Positions 28,657-38,576 of a stretch of 55,053 nucleotides of DNA are shown here, one piece after another. How positions within the stretch are numbered: position 1 is the first letter of the stretch; every line of letters begins with the position of its first letter. This stretch comes from Candidatus Brocadiia bacterium. GTDB lineage: Bacteria; Planctomycetota; PUPC01. The position numbers and the translations under genes are program-made. The notes below the pieces were generated by a model that searched no databases, was not told the DNA's origin, and saw nothing but the letters and a program-made list of their open reading frames with translations. Location: contig JAUWIN010000003.1 of the NCBI GenBank assembly GCA_030605345.1, positions 1 to 55,053 on the forward strand. Reading direction: 5' to 3'.

Positions 28657-28678
28657 CCGCTAACCGAAGGAGCCAACA

Positions 28679-29047
28679 ATGGCAAAGCTGATTACTGATA
28701 TCGAAAACGAACAAATGAAGCAGGAAATTCCCCAGTTCAATGTTGGCGATACGGTTCAGGTGCACGTCAACATCAGCGAGCGCGAGCGCCAACGGGTCCA
28801 CGTCTTCACCGGCATTGTCATTTCCCGAAAGGGCAGCGGGCTGCGCGAAACATTCACCGTCCGACGCATCGTCGCCGGCGAGGGGGTCGAGCGAACTTTC
28901 CCCATCCACTCCCCGGCCATTACCGCGATCAAGGTCACACGCTCCGGCTCCGTCCGCCGCGCCAAACTCTACTACCTCCGAGAACGCGTCGGAAAGGCAA
29001 CCCACGTCAAGGCAAAGCAATCCGGCAAAACCAAATCGGCGAAGTGA
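28679..29047 (+). CDS. rplS: 50S ribosomal protein L19
   Basis: [48 protein letters not shown]...[11 protein letters not shown]. Confidence 0.95.
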   Translation: MAKLITDIENEQMKQEIPQFNVGDTVQVHVNISERERQRVHVFTGIVISRKGSGLRETFTVRRIVAGEGVERTFPIHSPAITAIKVTRSGSVRRAKLYYLRERVGKATHVKAKQSGKTKSAK

Positions 29048-29068
29048 GCACTTGGCCGGGCTAACTCC

Positions 29069-29440
29069 GTGAGACCAGTGCGACCGCGAAAAAAACTGGG
29101 CGATGCCGCCGAACGCGCCGCCGAAAGGTTCCTGAAAGCCCACAACTACACCATCCTGGCGCGAAACTTCTCGACACCGATGGGCGAGATTGATATCATA
29201 GCCGCCGATGGCGATACGCTTTGCTTCGTCGAGGTTAAGTCCCGCACCAGCGATGAGTTCGCATCACCGTACGCCTCGGTGGGCCCGGCAAAGCAGACCC
29301 GAATACGGGCCGCCGCTTCGGCCTACCTCGGCCGCAAGCGGCTTCCTAACAAGTTGTGCCGGTTCGACGTCGTGTCACTCGTGCCCGACCAGGCGCAAAA
29401 ACCTGGTTGGAATATCGAGCTGCTGCAGGACGCTTTTTGA
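29069..29440 (+). CDS. yraN: YraN-family (UPF0102) endonuclease-like protein
   Basis: GDAAERAAERFLKAHNYTILARNFSTPMGEIDIIAADGDTLCFVEVKSR. Its position after rplS is conserved. Confidence 0.8.
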   Translation: MRPVRPRKKLGDAAERAAERFLKAHNYTILARNFSTPMGEIDIIAADGDTLCFVEVKSRTSDEFASPYASVGPAKQTRIRAAASAYLGRKRLPNKLCRFDVVSLVPDQAQKPGWNIELLQDAF

Positions 29441-29458
29441 GGGAGACCAGCGCGCCTG

Positions 29459-30331
29459 ATGAACGGTGAAACAGTCATTCAAACGTTTGACCTGACCAAG
29501 GTGTATTCGGGGTTCATGAAGCCAGAGGTGCTCGCTGTGGACCGGCTGAACATGCAGGTGCGCTGCGGCGAGGTGTTCGGCCTCTTGGGCCCGAACGGGT
29601 CCGGCAAAACCACCACCACCAAACTTCTGCGGGGTCTGATCTTTCCCACTCGCGGCCGGGCGGAGGTACTTGGAAGTCCCGCCGGCGACATCGCTGCCAA
29701 GGAAAAAATCGGGTTCCTCCCCGAAGAATCATATCTCTATCGCTTCCTCAACGCCGAGGAGACACTCGATTTCTACGGGAAAATATTCGGCATTCCGCGC
29801 CGGGTACGCCGCCGAAGAACAGACGAGTTGATTGAACTCGTCGGCTTGCAGAGCGCAAGAAAGCGGGCACTTCGCGGCTACTCGAAGGGGATGTCGCGCC
29901 GCATCGGCATCGCACAAGCCCTCATCAACGACCCCGAACTCATCTTCCTGGACGAACCTACCTCCGGCCTCGACCCCATCGGCCGCCGGGAAGTCAAGGA
30001 ACTCATCCTCAGGCTCAAGGGCTTGGGCAAGACCGTGATGCTCTGCACCCACCTGCTGCCCGACGTGCAGGACGTCTGCGACAGAGTAGCCATCTTGCAC
30101 AATGGCAGACTCTGCGAAGAGGGAGCGCTGGACGACCTCCTCGTGCTCAAAAACAAAACGCAACTAACCGTGGACGACCTGACGGAGAAAGAGCAGGAGC
30201 AACTGAAAAAGTTCCTGGCAGGCATGGGACACGACAAGGTCACCATGACACACCCATACGACACCCTGAGTTCGCTTTTTATGCGCATAATTGAGACCGA
30301 GCGACAAGGGGAACATGTCCGGGAACAGTAA
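29459..30331 (+). CDS. ABC transporter ATP-binding protein (ABC-2 exporter type)
   Basis: It has Walker A GLLGPNGSGKTTT, the signature YSKGMSRRIGIAQAL and Walker B LIFLDEPTSGLDP. Confidence 0.9.
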   Translation: MNGETVIQTFDLTKVYSGFMKPEVLAVDRLNMQVRCGEVFGLLGPNGSGKTTTTKLLRGLIFPTRGRAEVLGSPAGDIAAKEKIGFLPEESYLYRFLNAEETLDFYGKIFGIPRRVRRRRTDELIELVGLQSARKRALRGYSKGMSRRIGIAQALINDPELIFLDEPTSGLDPIGRREVKELILRLKGLGKTVMLCTHLLPDVQDVCDRVAILHNGRLCEEGALDDLLVLKNKTQLTVDDLTEKEQEQLKKFLAGMGHDKVTMTHPYDTLSSLFMRIIETERQGEHVREQ

Positions 30332-32258
30332 ATCCGCCCCGCCGGGCCGGTCGAAGTCGGTCTTCATTATGCTCCTGCGGCACACTTGCTCGACCGGAGA
30401 GGTGCGACGGCTTGCGGCGCTCGTCACACTCACGCTCAGGGAAGCCATCCGCAGCCGCGTGCTGCTGGGGATGGTCGGGTTGGTGGGCCTGTTTGCGGCC
30501 GGGTCGCTGCTCTGGCCCGGTGACGTTGACCGCGAGCGGGTCATACTTGTCCAGCGCTTCTGCCTGGGAGCGCTGACATTGTTCGGCCTCATCGCCGCTG
30601 CCTTCCTCGGCGGTTCCACACTACCCGGCGACATCGACAGCAAGCGGATATATTCCGTAATCACCAAGCCCGTCACCCGACTTGAGCTGCTCCTGGGCAA
30701 GGCGCTCGGTCTGATCGCAGTGATGTTTGTTTTTCTCCTCCTCGGCGGGTTGGTTACCGTGGCAGTCACCCACGTCGCCAGCGCCCGCAAGTCATACGCT
30801 GGCGGGTCCTACACCCTGGAGGTAACAGCCCCCGACGCGGAAATCCAGACCGAAACCGGCCCGGTTCCCGCCAGGCTGGGGCAGGAGCTGGTGGCCGACG
30901 GAAAAACGGGCACCCGCTACGCGGTGACCATCGCCCGGCGCGACACCAGCATTTCGGGCACCATTCCGAAAAGTTCGGTCGAGCTGCACGAGCGGTCGCT
31001 CGACGTGCTGCGGGTGGCCGAGCCTGCCAGCCTCAGTGTGCTGTGCAAGGGCCGGGCTGACTTTTCGCACACCGAACTGCTCCTGCGCGCTGGGCGCCTG
31101 GCGCAGGGCGACACGTGGCGCTTTGACCTGTCCGGCCTGCGCCTGCCGACAGAAGACCGGGACATCGACGTGAGATTCCGCTTCACCGGCCACCGGTATG
31201 AGCCGCTCCGCGGCCGCGAGGCACACCCAAGACCGCAGGCGAGGTTCATCTTCCGGAATCCAGCCACCCGGAAGAAAGTGACCAAGGAAGTGGAGTTTGT
31301 GTTCCGGGAGGGCAGCGATGGGGCCGGTGCCCCAAGGGGCCGCTCGATCAAATACTACGAAGAGGTATTCGCCCTCCCTCGCAGCGTCACAGCTGGCGGG
31401 ACGCTGGACGTGGAGATAACGGACTACGCCCCGGCATACCCGGAATCTGGCAGGACATACTACGGCTCGACAGAGCAGCCCACCTGGCTCATCCGCGGCT
31501 TCGACCCCGGCAAACTGCCCCAAGGCCAGCAGACCATCCGCGCACGGTTTCTGGTCCACTACACCCGTGGACTCGACCTCGTTGACCACACCGGCCTGAC
31601 CGTCGAGGTCCGGAACCCTGCCACCGGCGAGTCCAAAGACCTCCCGGTGGATCTCCGCAGTAAGACCACTTCGTATATACATTTTCCGCGCCGCCTTATC
31701 GACGGGGAGGCGGGAGTTGAAGTAACGCTCAAAGACCTCCGCCCATCCCACCGCATCGGCTACAAAAGCAAGGAATGCCCCCTGTATCTTCTGCTCACCC
31801 CCGACAGTTTTCTGGCGAGCACGGCGCGGTCCATACTCCTCATCTTTTTTCAGCTCAGCCTGTTCACCGTCCTTGCCGCCGCGGCATCAACCCTGCTGTC
31901 CGCACCTGTGGCTATCCTGTTCACCATGGTTGTCGCTCTCTCCGGCGGGGTGAAGGACCTTATCGTCCAGGGGCTCAGCCAGGCGCAGTTGGCCGCGCCG
32001 GGCAACCCGTTCGTGCTGGCTGCTCACGGCGAGGCGACGTTGCAGGAAGGCGCTTGGACGTGGCTGAAGTATATCTTTACCAAATTGTTGATTGCGGTTG
32101 CCCCAAGTTTCGATAGATTTAGTTCGACATACTTTGTCAACCGCGGATGGACGGTTCCGTGGTCGGCGGTGTTTCACGGCGCCTGTTACGCGCTCATATA
32201 CATAGCAGTATGCTTCTGCCTCGGCTGCGCTTTTTTGAAAACGAGGGAATTCGAGTGA
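30315..32258 (+). CDS. ABC-2-type permease with a ~330-aa extracytoplasmic insertion
   Basis: The N-terminal region has LREAIRSRVLLGMVGLVGLF and DIDSKRIYSVITKPVTRLELLLGKALGLIAVMF, which are ABC-2 permease patterns. A long soluble segment follows, then C-terminal TM helices (SILLIFFQLSLFTVLAAAAS..., ACYALIYIAVCFCLGCAF). I preferred start ATG 30315 (RBS AAGGGGA); an alternative is 30291. Confidence 0.55.
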   Translation: MSGNSKSAPPGRSKSVFIMLLRHTCSTGEVRRLAALVTLTLREAIRSRVLLGMVGLVGLFAAGSLLWPGDVDRERVILVQRFCLGALTLFGLIAAAFLGGSTLPGDIDSKRIYSVITKPVTRLELLLGKALGLIAVMFVFLLLGGLVTVAVTHVASARKSYAGGSYTLEVTAPDAEIQTETGPVPARLGQELVADGKTGTRYAVTIARRDTSISGTIPKSSVELHERSLDVLRVAEPASLSVLCKGRADFSHTELLLRAGRLAQGDTWRFDLSGLRLPTEDRDIDVRFRFTGHRYEPLRGREAHPRPQARFIFRNPATRKKVTKEVEFVFREGSDGAGAPRGRSIKYYEEVFALPRSVTAGGTLDVEITDYAPAYPESGRTYYGSTEQPTWLIRGFDPGKLPQGQQTIRARFLVHYTRGLDLVDHTGLTVEVRNPATGESKDLPVDLRSKTTSYIHFPRRLIDGEAGVEVTLKDLRPSHRIGYKSKECPLYLLLTPDSFLASTARSILLIFFQLSLFTVLAAAASTLLSAPVAILFTMVVALSGGVKDLIVQGLSQAQLAAPGNPFVLAAHGEATLQEGAWTWLKYIFTKLLIAVAPSFDRFSSTYFVNRGWTVPWSAVFHGACYALIYIAVCFCLGCAFLKTREFE

Positions 32259-34129
32259 AAAAGCACAGCCGGGTCCGCTTCATAGCATTATTCCTGGTTG
32301 GCCTTGTTCTCACCTGCGGCCTCCTCCAGCTCGCTCAGCGGGGAGTTGACCGTTCCCGCCAGGGCCTGTTAGCCACCCCCGACATCAGCGCCCGCGACCG
32401 ACTGATCGAGTTGGGGGCCACGGTGATGCTGGGAAGTTTCCGCACTATCGTCGTGGACTGGCTGTGGTATCGGGCGGCGATTCTGAAGGAGCAGCGCCAG
32501 TGGGTCGAACTCGACGGTGTGATCCGGCTGATAGCCAAGTTCCAGCCGACCGACATCGCGGCATACAACTTCCAGGTATGGAACATGGCCTACAACATAC
32601 AATACGATGCGCCGACTGCGGCGGAGGCCTGGAAATGGGTCAGCAAGGCCATCGAGTTGGGGGAACGCGGGGCCGAGCGGAACCGTAATCACCCCAACAT
32701 ATGGCGGCTCTACTGCCAGATAGCACGCGTTTACTGGCACCGCTGCGCCTTCTTGAAGGACGCCCGCGCCCGATACTTCGAGAAACGAGTCAAGGAAAAA
32801 CTGGGCAAGAACCCATACCTGCTGGCGGCCGAATGGTTCGAGAAAGCCTGGAACGCCGCCCCGAAAACCGGGGCCAACAAAGCCAACGTCCATCACCTTT
32901 CCATGTGGGCATACACCTACGACAACCTCGCCAGGGAGCTCGAAAAACAAGGCAAAATTGAGGAAATGATACGCTGGCGCGAAGAAGCCATCGAGAAGCA
33001 CCGCACCATCATGCGAGAGTTCCCCGAATACGTGGAAACCGGACAGGAAGCCATTGCCGACCTCCGCAGGTTAATCCACCTCCACCAAGACGCCCAGCGC
33101 GCCGACCGGCTCAGGGAGAAACATAACCTCGCCGAAGAAACCAAACTGCGGCTCGAAATCACAAGACGATGGTCCGACGTGCTTCGCAAAAACCGATTCT
33201 CAGAAGAGGCGCGGCGTAACGTCAATCGCTCAGCAGATGACCTCGAATCTGTGCTCAGCCGCCTCACCGACCCGGAACAAACAAAAAAAGTAAGGAGCAC
33301 AATCCTCCGGACGCGCTACCTTGCCGCCGACCCGAAGTTCAGCTCCGCCGAGGCCACCAAGAAACTTGAAGCCGCCGTCCTCCCCTACGACCGCCAACTC
33401 GGCGAGGCGCCGAGCAGCCCTCAGCTGCTCCGAAACAAGGATATTGTCCGGCGCATCTCCAGAATCTGGCACCGCATCATTGCTAACTCACCCGGCAACG
33501 AAAAGCGCGCCCGAAAAGCCGAAACCGCCATCAAAAGATACGATTCGCTCCTCCAACTCCTCCCTGAGGCGGAGAGGAAAGAGCAACTCGATGAACTCGC
33601 TGACCACTGGCTGACGCTGCTCACCTCCAGCGACATCGACACGGCCCTCGGGAGACGGCGGGTGAAACAAGCGGCACTGCGATACGAAAAACGACTGCTG
33701 CCGTTGTGCCCACACCTGGCCGCGTTCCTGGTGGTGCTCGCGCAGCGTAGTAAAGCCGGCGCCTCCGCCGCCATTCAAAAGCAAATGGCCGGCGAAATCT
33801 CCGCCCTGACCATGCAGATACACCATCTCGCCGACAAGGCCCGCGACTACTGGTCGGCGCTGTTACAGAAAGACGAGCCATACGCCGACGTCGCAGGGGT
33901 AGCGGAAAGGCACCTCCGGACGGTCGCAGAGTCGCTCGAAAAAGTCATTGAAGCTGCCGAAGCCACCCTGGGCAGCACCACCGACGTCCGGAACCAGCGC
34001 GACCCGCGCAGCCTAGTGTACTGGACCCGCAGAATCTGGCGAACGCTCCACGAATTTGACCCGCGCAACGTTACATACTTGCAAAAAGCTCACCAAAGCG
34101 CTAAAAGGGCACCTCGTCGAACACCATAA
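32255..34129 (+). CDS. Membrane-anchored alpha-helical repeat protein (hypothetical)
   Basis: GTG 32255 overlaps the upstream stop (GTGA). It has an N-terminal TM helix (FIALFLVGLVLTCGLLQL), then a ~590-aa Arg/Glu/Leu-rich helical sequence with TPR-like character. No motif was recognised. Confidence 0.45.
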   Translation: MKKHSRVRFIALFLVGLVLTCGLLQLAQRGVDRSRQGLLATPDISARDRLIELGATVMLGSFRTIVVDWLWYRAAILKEQRQWVELDGVIRLIAKFQPTDIAAYNFQVWNMAYNIQYDAPTAAEAWKWVSKAIELGERGAERNRNHPNIWRLYCQIARVYWHRCAFLKDARARYFEKRVKEKLGKNPYLLAAEWFEKAWNAAPKTGANKANVHHLSMWAYTYDNLARELEKQGKIEEMIRWREEAIEKHRTIMREFPEYVETGQEAIADLRRLIHLHQDAQRADRLREKHNLAEETKLRLEITRRWSDVLRKNRFSEEARRNVNRSADDLESVLSRLTDPEQTKKVRSTILRTRYLAADPKFSSAEATKKLEAAVLPYDRQLGEAPSSPQLLRNKDIVRRISRIWHRIIANSPGNEKRARKAETAIKRYDSLLQLLPEAERKEQLDELADHWLTLLTSSDIDTALGRRRVKQAALRYEKRLLPLCPHLAAFLVVLAQRSKAGASAAIQKQMAGEISALTMQIHHLADKARDYWSALLQKDEPYADVAGVAERHLRTVAESLEKVIEAAEATLGSTTDVRNQRDPRSLVYWTRRIWRTLHEFDPRNVTYLQKAHQSAKRAPRRTP

Positions 34130-34165
34130 GTCGATGCATAAGCCCGGTAAAGGAGGTCTGTATAG

Positions 34166-36505
34166 ATGCTGACGTTGGAGCATCTGATGATTGCTGGAGC
34201 CGCTCAGCCGCCGACCACCGTGTGGTTATTGTGGGCGCTGGCCCCGGCTGGGGCACTACTGGCGCTGCTGTTCGCATATATCTTCTACAAACAAATAATG
34301 AAGCACGACGAAGGCACGGACACCATGCGTCAGATTGCGTCATACGTCCGCCAGGGCGCCAACGCGTACCTCTGGCAGCAATACAAACTCGTTGGCATCG
34401 TGGTCATCATCCTGTTCGCAATCTTCCTTTTCATGGCGTTTGGGCCAGCCGTGGTCAGGACGCAAAATCCCTGGATGCCCTTCGCCTTCGTGGCGGGAGC
34501 CTTCTTTTCGGGCCGGTGCGGATTCCTGGGGATGCGGACGGCCACCCACGCCAGCGCCCGAACGGCCAACGCGGCGCGGAGCAGTCTCAACGGCGCGCTC
34601 CAGGTCTCTTTCCGAGCCGGTTCTGTGATGGGGCTGACCGTAGTCGGGTTCGCCCTGCTCAACATCACCGTCTGGTTCCTCCTGATTTACTTCCTCGGCG
34701 TCAGGGCGAGCGAAGAGATGACTCTGAGCGTGATGGCGATGGCACTGCTCTCGTCCGGCATGGGCGCAAGTACGCAGGCCCTGTTTGCTCGCGTGGGGGG
34801 CGGAATCTTCACCAAGGGCGCCGACGTCGGCGCCGACTTAGTTGGGAAAATCGAGGCGGGCATCCCAGAGGATGACCCGCGGAACCCCGCCACCATCGCA
34901 GATAACGTGGGCGACAACGTCGGCGATGTCGCAGGCATGGGCGCCGACCTGTTCGAGTCCTACGCCAACTCCATCTTAGCGGCGAGCATGCTCGGCGTTT
35001 CCGCGGCAATCGTCATAGGAACCAGCGGGCTCCAATTCAGGCTGCTTGTGCTGCCGATGGTATTGGCCGGCATCGGCTGCATTGCGTCCGTCATCGGGAT
35101 TCACGCCGTCAGGACTCGCGAGGACGCCACTCAAAAGAGCCTGCTGAAAGCCCTGATGCGGGGAGAAATGGTGACCGCGGTGCTGTTCACCGCTGGCTCA
35201 GGGCTGGCCGCCTGGGCGATGTTCAGAGGTGTCGAGGACTTCAACCACGCCCTCGGCATCTGGCTGGCCGTCCTCACCGGCCTGGTGGCCGGGGTTATCA
35301 TCGGAAAGGGGACAGAATATTACACCTCTGCCGACCACGCGCCAACCCGGCATCTGGCGGAAGAGGCAAAGACCGGCCCTGCCACCGTCATCATCGGCGG
35401 ACTGGCATGCGGGATGCTCTCGACCTGGCTGCCCGTGGTGACCGTGGTCGTGGCCATCATCGCCAGTTTCGGGTTCGCCGGCGGGTTCGAACAGGTCACC
35501 CTGGGGCTTTACGGCGTCGGTATCGCCGCGGTCGGAATGCTCTCGACACTGGGCATGATGCTCTCGACCGATGCCTACGGCCCGATAGCCGACAACGCAG
35601 GCGGGAATGCCGAGATGTCGGGACTGGGGCCGGAAGTGCGAGAACGGACCGACGCGCTTGACTCCCTGGGCAATACGACCGCCGCGACGGGCAAAGGCTT
35701 CGCCATCGGTTCGGCGGCGCTGACCGCGCTGGCCCTCATTGTCGCACTGGTCCAGAGCGTCCAACTTGCCATCGAACACGCCATAAACACCGGCGGTGAA
35801 ATCCTCATCGAGGGCGGCTGGACAGGCAAAATCGTCGAAGGGCTCCCCTGCCTGGTGCGGGGAAATGAGGCAGAAGCTCTGAAGAGTATCTCTCTGGCCA
35901 AGTTCGTCGAGATATACCGGATCGACCTGATGAACCCAAGGCTGCTCGCGGGCATGTTCATCGGCTCCCTGCTGGTGTTCCTGTTCTGTTCGTTCACCAT
36001 GAAGGCGGTCGGCCGCGCCGCCGGAGCAATAGTTGACGAAGTCCGCAGGCAGTTCCGCGAACTCGGGATACTCGAAGGCAAGGGCAAACCTGACTACGCG
36101 TTATGCGTGGCAATCAGCACCAAAGGCTCACAGAAGGCGATGCTGCTCCCGTCGCTGCTCGCCATCGCCGCACCGATCCTGACCGGGCTGGTTCTCGGCG
36201 TGGCCGGCCTGATGGGAATGCTGACCGCGGCGCTGGCCACAGGCTTTGTGCTCGCCGTGATGATGGCCAACGCGGGCGGTTCATGGGACAACGCCAAGAA
36301 ATACATAGAGACTGGCCAACTCGGCGGCAAAGGCTCAGATGCCCACAAGGCGGCCGGGGTGGGCGACACCGTGGGCGATCCGTTCAAGGATACCTCCGGG
36401 CCCTCGCTCAACATCCTGCTCAAACTGATGTCGATGGTTGCGCTGGTGTTCGCCGGCGTCGTCGTCAGGTATGCCCCCGTCATCGCCCAATCGCTGGGTA
36501 TGTAG
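34166..36505 (+). CDS. hppA: Membrane-bound H+/Na+-translocating pyrophosphatase
   Basis: It has GGGIFTKGADVGADLVGKIEAGIPEDDPRNPATIADNVGDNVGDVAGMGADLFESY, DAYGPIADNAGG, GNTTAATGKGFAIGSAAL and VGDTVGDPFKDTSGPSLNIL. RBS AAGGAGG. Confidence 0.95.
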   Translation: MLTLEHLMIAGAAQPPTTVWLLWALAPAGALLALLFAYIFYKQIMKHDEGTDTMRQIASYVRQGANAYLWQQYKLVGIVVIILFAIFLFMAFGPAVVRTQNPWMPFAFVAGAFFSGRCGFLGMRTATHASARTANAARSSLNGALQVSFRAGSVMGLTVVGFALLNITVWFLLIYFLGVRASEEMTLSVMAMALLSSGMGASTQALFARVGGGIFTKGADVGADLVGKIEAGIPEDDPRNPATIADNVGDNVGDVAGMGADLFESYANSILAASMLGVSAAIVIGTSGLQFRLLVLPMVLAGIGCIASVIGIHAVRTREDATQKSLLKALMRGEMVTAVLFTAGSGLAAWAMFRGVEDFNHALGIWLAVLTGLVAGVIIGKGTEYYTSADHAPTRHLAEEAKTGPATVIIGGLACGMLSTWLPVVTVVVAIIASFGFAGGFEQVTLGLYGVGIAAVGMLSTLGMMLSTDAYGPIADNAGGNAEMSGLGPEVRERTDALDSLGNTTAATGKGFAIGSAALTALALIVALVQSVQLAIEHAINTGGEILIEGGWTGKIVEGLPCLVRGNEAEALKSISLAKFVEIYRIDLMNPRLLAGMFIGSLLVFLFCSFTMKAVGRAAGAIVDEVRRQFRELGILEGKGKPDYALCVAISTKGSQKAMLLPSLLAIAAPILTGLVLGVAGLMGMLTAALATGFVLAVMMANAGGSWDNAKKYIETGQLGGKGSDAHKAAGVGDTVGDPFKDTSGPSLNILLKLMSMVALVFAGVVVRYAPVIAQSLGM

Positions 36506-36520
36506 TCCTTGCAACGCAAA

Positions 36521-36536
36521 GGCGCGGAGGCGCGCC
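36521..36536 (+). terminator. Weak stem-loop after hppA (GGCGCG-gagg-CGCGCC), no U tract
   Basis: Perfect 6-bp GC stem starting 16 nt after the hppA stop. An AT-rich 190-nt spacer follows. Confidence 0.2.
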
Positions 36537-36724
36537 CACACCTTCCGACGTTCCGCCCGCCGAACATCCATTAGATTGCTCCGGCATTTTGGCAAATCTG
36601 AAATTTTTGGCTAAAGTCCAACCGCCTTTCATGACGATATATAAATAGTGTAGGTGACAGCCTTCATAGAGGTTGTTGCCGTTCTATCCTTCCGTTTCAC
36701 TTGCCGAGCGAGGAGGTTGCTGAC

Positions 36725-37726
36725 ATGGCTCGCAGACGACTATACGTTTTTGGCGCAATCATTGTAGTGGGCGTTCTCATAGGAATCTTCTGCCTGCCAG
36801 ACAGCAGCGACAGAGAGGAAATCGAAGCCCATAATCTCCATCAAGGCGGTGAGACGACCACCGTGGGACCCGGCGGCACGCTCCCGCCCGCCAACATCGC
36901 CAAAACGCCGGGGGTGCGCGCTGAGATACTGGTGAAGAAGGCCCGGTCGATGACGAATACCAAGGACAGGATAGATTGCTTCGTGGAAGCCTACCGCACC
37001 GATCCCACCGGGCGCTGGGGCGGCGAGGCTGCCGCAGAAATCGGCCACGTCTGGAAGAAGGCCGGTGACACCGACAAGGCACGCCGCTGGTACGCTGTTG
37101 CCAGGCGGGCGCCAGTCTCACCCGAAACACTCGCCAGCATTAATGACGAGCTCGAAGCAGCGCGAGAACGCGAAACTGCCCCCGCAACTGCCCGCATCAA
37201 AACCCTCTCATACAAGGTCCAGCCCCGTGATTCGCTGTGGAAAATCGCCAAACGCTACGCCGTCACCATCGGCGCCATAAAAAAAACCAACAACCTCACC
37301 CGCGACATGATCCGGGTAGACAAGGTGCTCAAGGTGCCCAAGGGGCCGTTTGACGTCCGCGTGACAAAAAGCAACCACACACTCCAACTGCTCCAGAACG
37401 GCAAGCCGGTCAAGACCTACTTGGTAGGGCTTGGCGCCGACAATTCCACCCCCGATGGGACCTTTACCGTAACCAGCAAACTGGTTGACCCGGTGTGGTA
37501 CAGCGATCAGGGCCGGCTCCTCCCCGACGACCCCCGCAACATACTTGGCTCACGATGGATCGGCTTCAACGGGAGAATCGGCATCCACGGAACCAGAGAG
37601 AGCGACGAACATACCATCGGCAAGGATGCCTCGAAGGGCTGCATAAGAATGCGCGACGGCGACGTGAAGGAACTCTATGACTTCCTCGTCCAAGGGCAAA
37701 GCAAGGTTACAATCGTCAGCCAGTGA
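36725..37726 (+). CDS. LysM-domain L,D-transpeptidase (YkuD family)
   Basis: It has a TM anchor, the LysM domain YKVQPRDSLWKIAKRYAVTIGAIKKTNNLTRDMIRVDKVLKVP, and YkuD catalytic motifs GIHGT...SKGCIRM. Confidence 0.85.
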   Translation: MARRRLYVFGAIIVVGVLIGIFCLPDSSDREEIEAHNLHQGGETTTVGPGGTLPPANIAKTPGVRAEILVKKARSMTNTKDRIDCFVEAYRTDPTGRWGGEAAAEIGHVWKKAGDTDKARRWYAVARRAPVSPETLASINDELEAARERETAPATARIKTLSYKVQPRDSLWKIAKRYAVTIGAIKKTNNLTRDMIRVDKVLKVPKGPFDVRVTKSNHTLQLLQNGKPVKTYLVGLGADNSTPDGTFTVTSKLVDPVWYSDQGRLLPDDPRNILGSRWIGFNGRIGIHGTRESDEHTIGKDASKGCIRMRDGDVKELYDFLVQGQSKVTIVSQ

Positions 37727-38487
37727 GCGGGTTACTTGCTGTAAACATCGGCAACTCACGTGTGACGCTGGCAGAGTTTGAACTGCCCGCTGCCGCAGGC
37801 ACGCCGCAGCTTGCGCTCGCCGCCTCGTTTCCTTCGCCTGGAACCGCGGATTTCTCGCCGCAGTTTGAGCCAGAGCACCCCGTTGAAGCCGTCGTCGTTT
37901 GCTCGGTCAACCCACCGTGCGACGCCGCCGTTATCCGATGGTTGAGACAAACCTTCAGCGTGGAACCGCTCCATTTCCCCAGCGATGTGCCGCCGCCCAT
38001 CGAGAACCGCTCCGACGCCCCCGAAGCAGTTGGAGCAGACCGTCTCGCCAACGCCACAGCGGCATACGACGAGTTTCACCGAGCCTGCGTCATCGTTGAC
38101 GCCGGCACCGCCGTCACCGTGGACGCTGTCTCCGCCGACGGCGCCTTCCTCGGCGGCGCCATACTCCCCGGCATCGCCCTGTGGGCACGGGCTCTCGCCC
38201 GCGGCCCTGCGCTGCTCCCTGAACTCAGTGTGAAAGGCCCCGGCCCGGCGATCGGGCGGTCAACCCCCTCTGCTATTTCTTCCGGCACACTCCGCGGCTT
38301 AGCCGGCGCGGTGGACCGCCTGACAGCGGACATCGCCGAAGAACTCGGCGGCAGCGAACACATCGTTCTCACCGGTGGCGACGCGCCGCACCTTGCAGGG
38401 CTTTGCCGAACCCGGATGCACGTCCGCCCCAACCTCACGCTGGCAGGGCTGGCACTTGCTTACGCCCGGCATTCCGAGTCTCTCTGA
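37723..38487 (+). CDS. coaX: Type III pantothenate kinase
   Basis: LLAVNIGNSRVTLA, GADRLANATAAY, VIVDAGTAVTVDAVS, LGGAILPG and VLTGGDA. The GTG start overlaps the upstream stop. Confidence 0.85.
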   Translation: MSGLLAVNIGNSRVTLAEFELPAAAGTPQLALAASFPSPGTADFSPQFEPEHPVEAVVVCSVNPPCDAAVIRWLRQTFSVEPLHFPSDVPPPIENRSDAPEAVGADRLANATAAYDEFHRACVIVDAGTAVTVDAVSADGAFLGGAILPGIALWARALARGPALLPELSVKGPGPAIGRSTPSAISSGTLRGLAGAVDRLTADIAEELGGSEHIVLTGGDAPHLAGLCRTRMHVRPNLTLAGLALAYARHSESL

Positions 38488-38576
38488 GGCGGGAGACTGC
38501 TTGACAAGGCGCAGATGCCGCGGTATAAGGTGTTAGTGGTGTTATGTGCCCCGAACGCTCCAGCGGGATTCTATTT

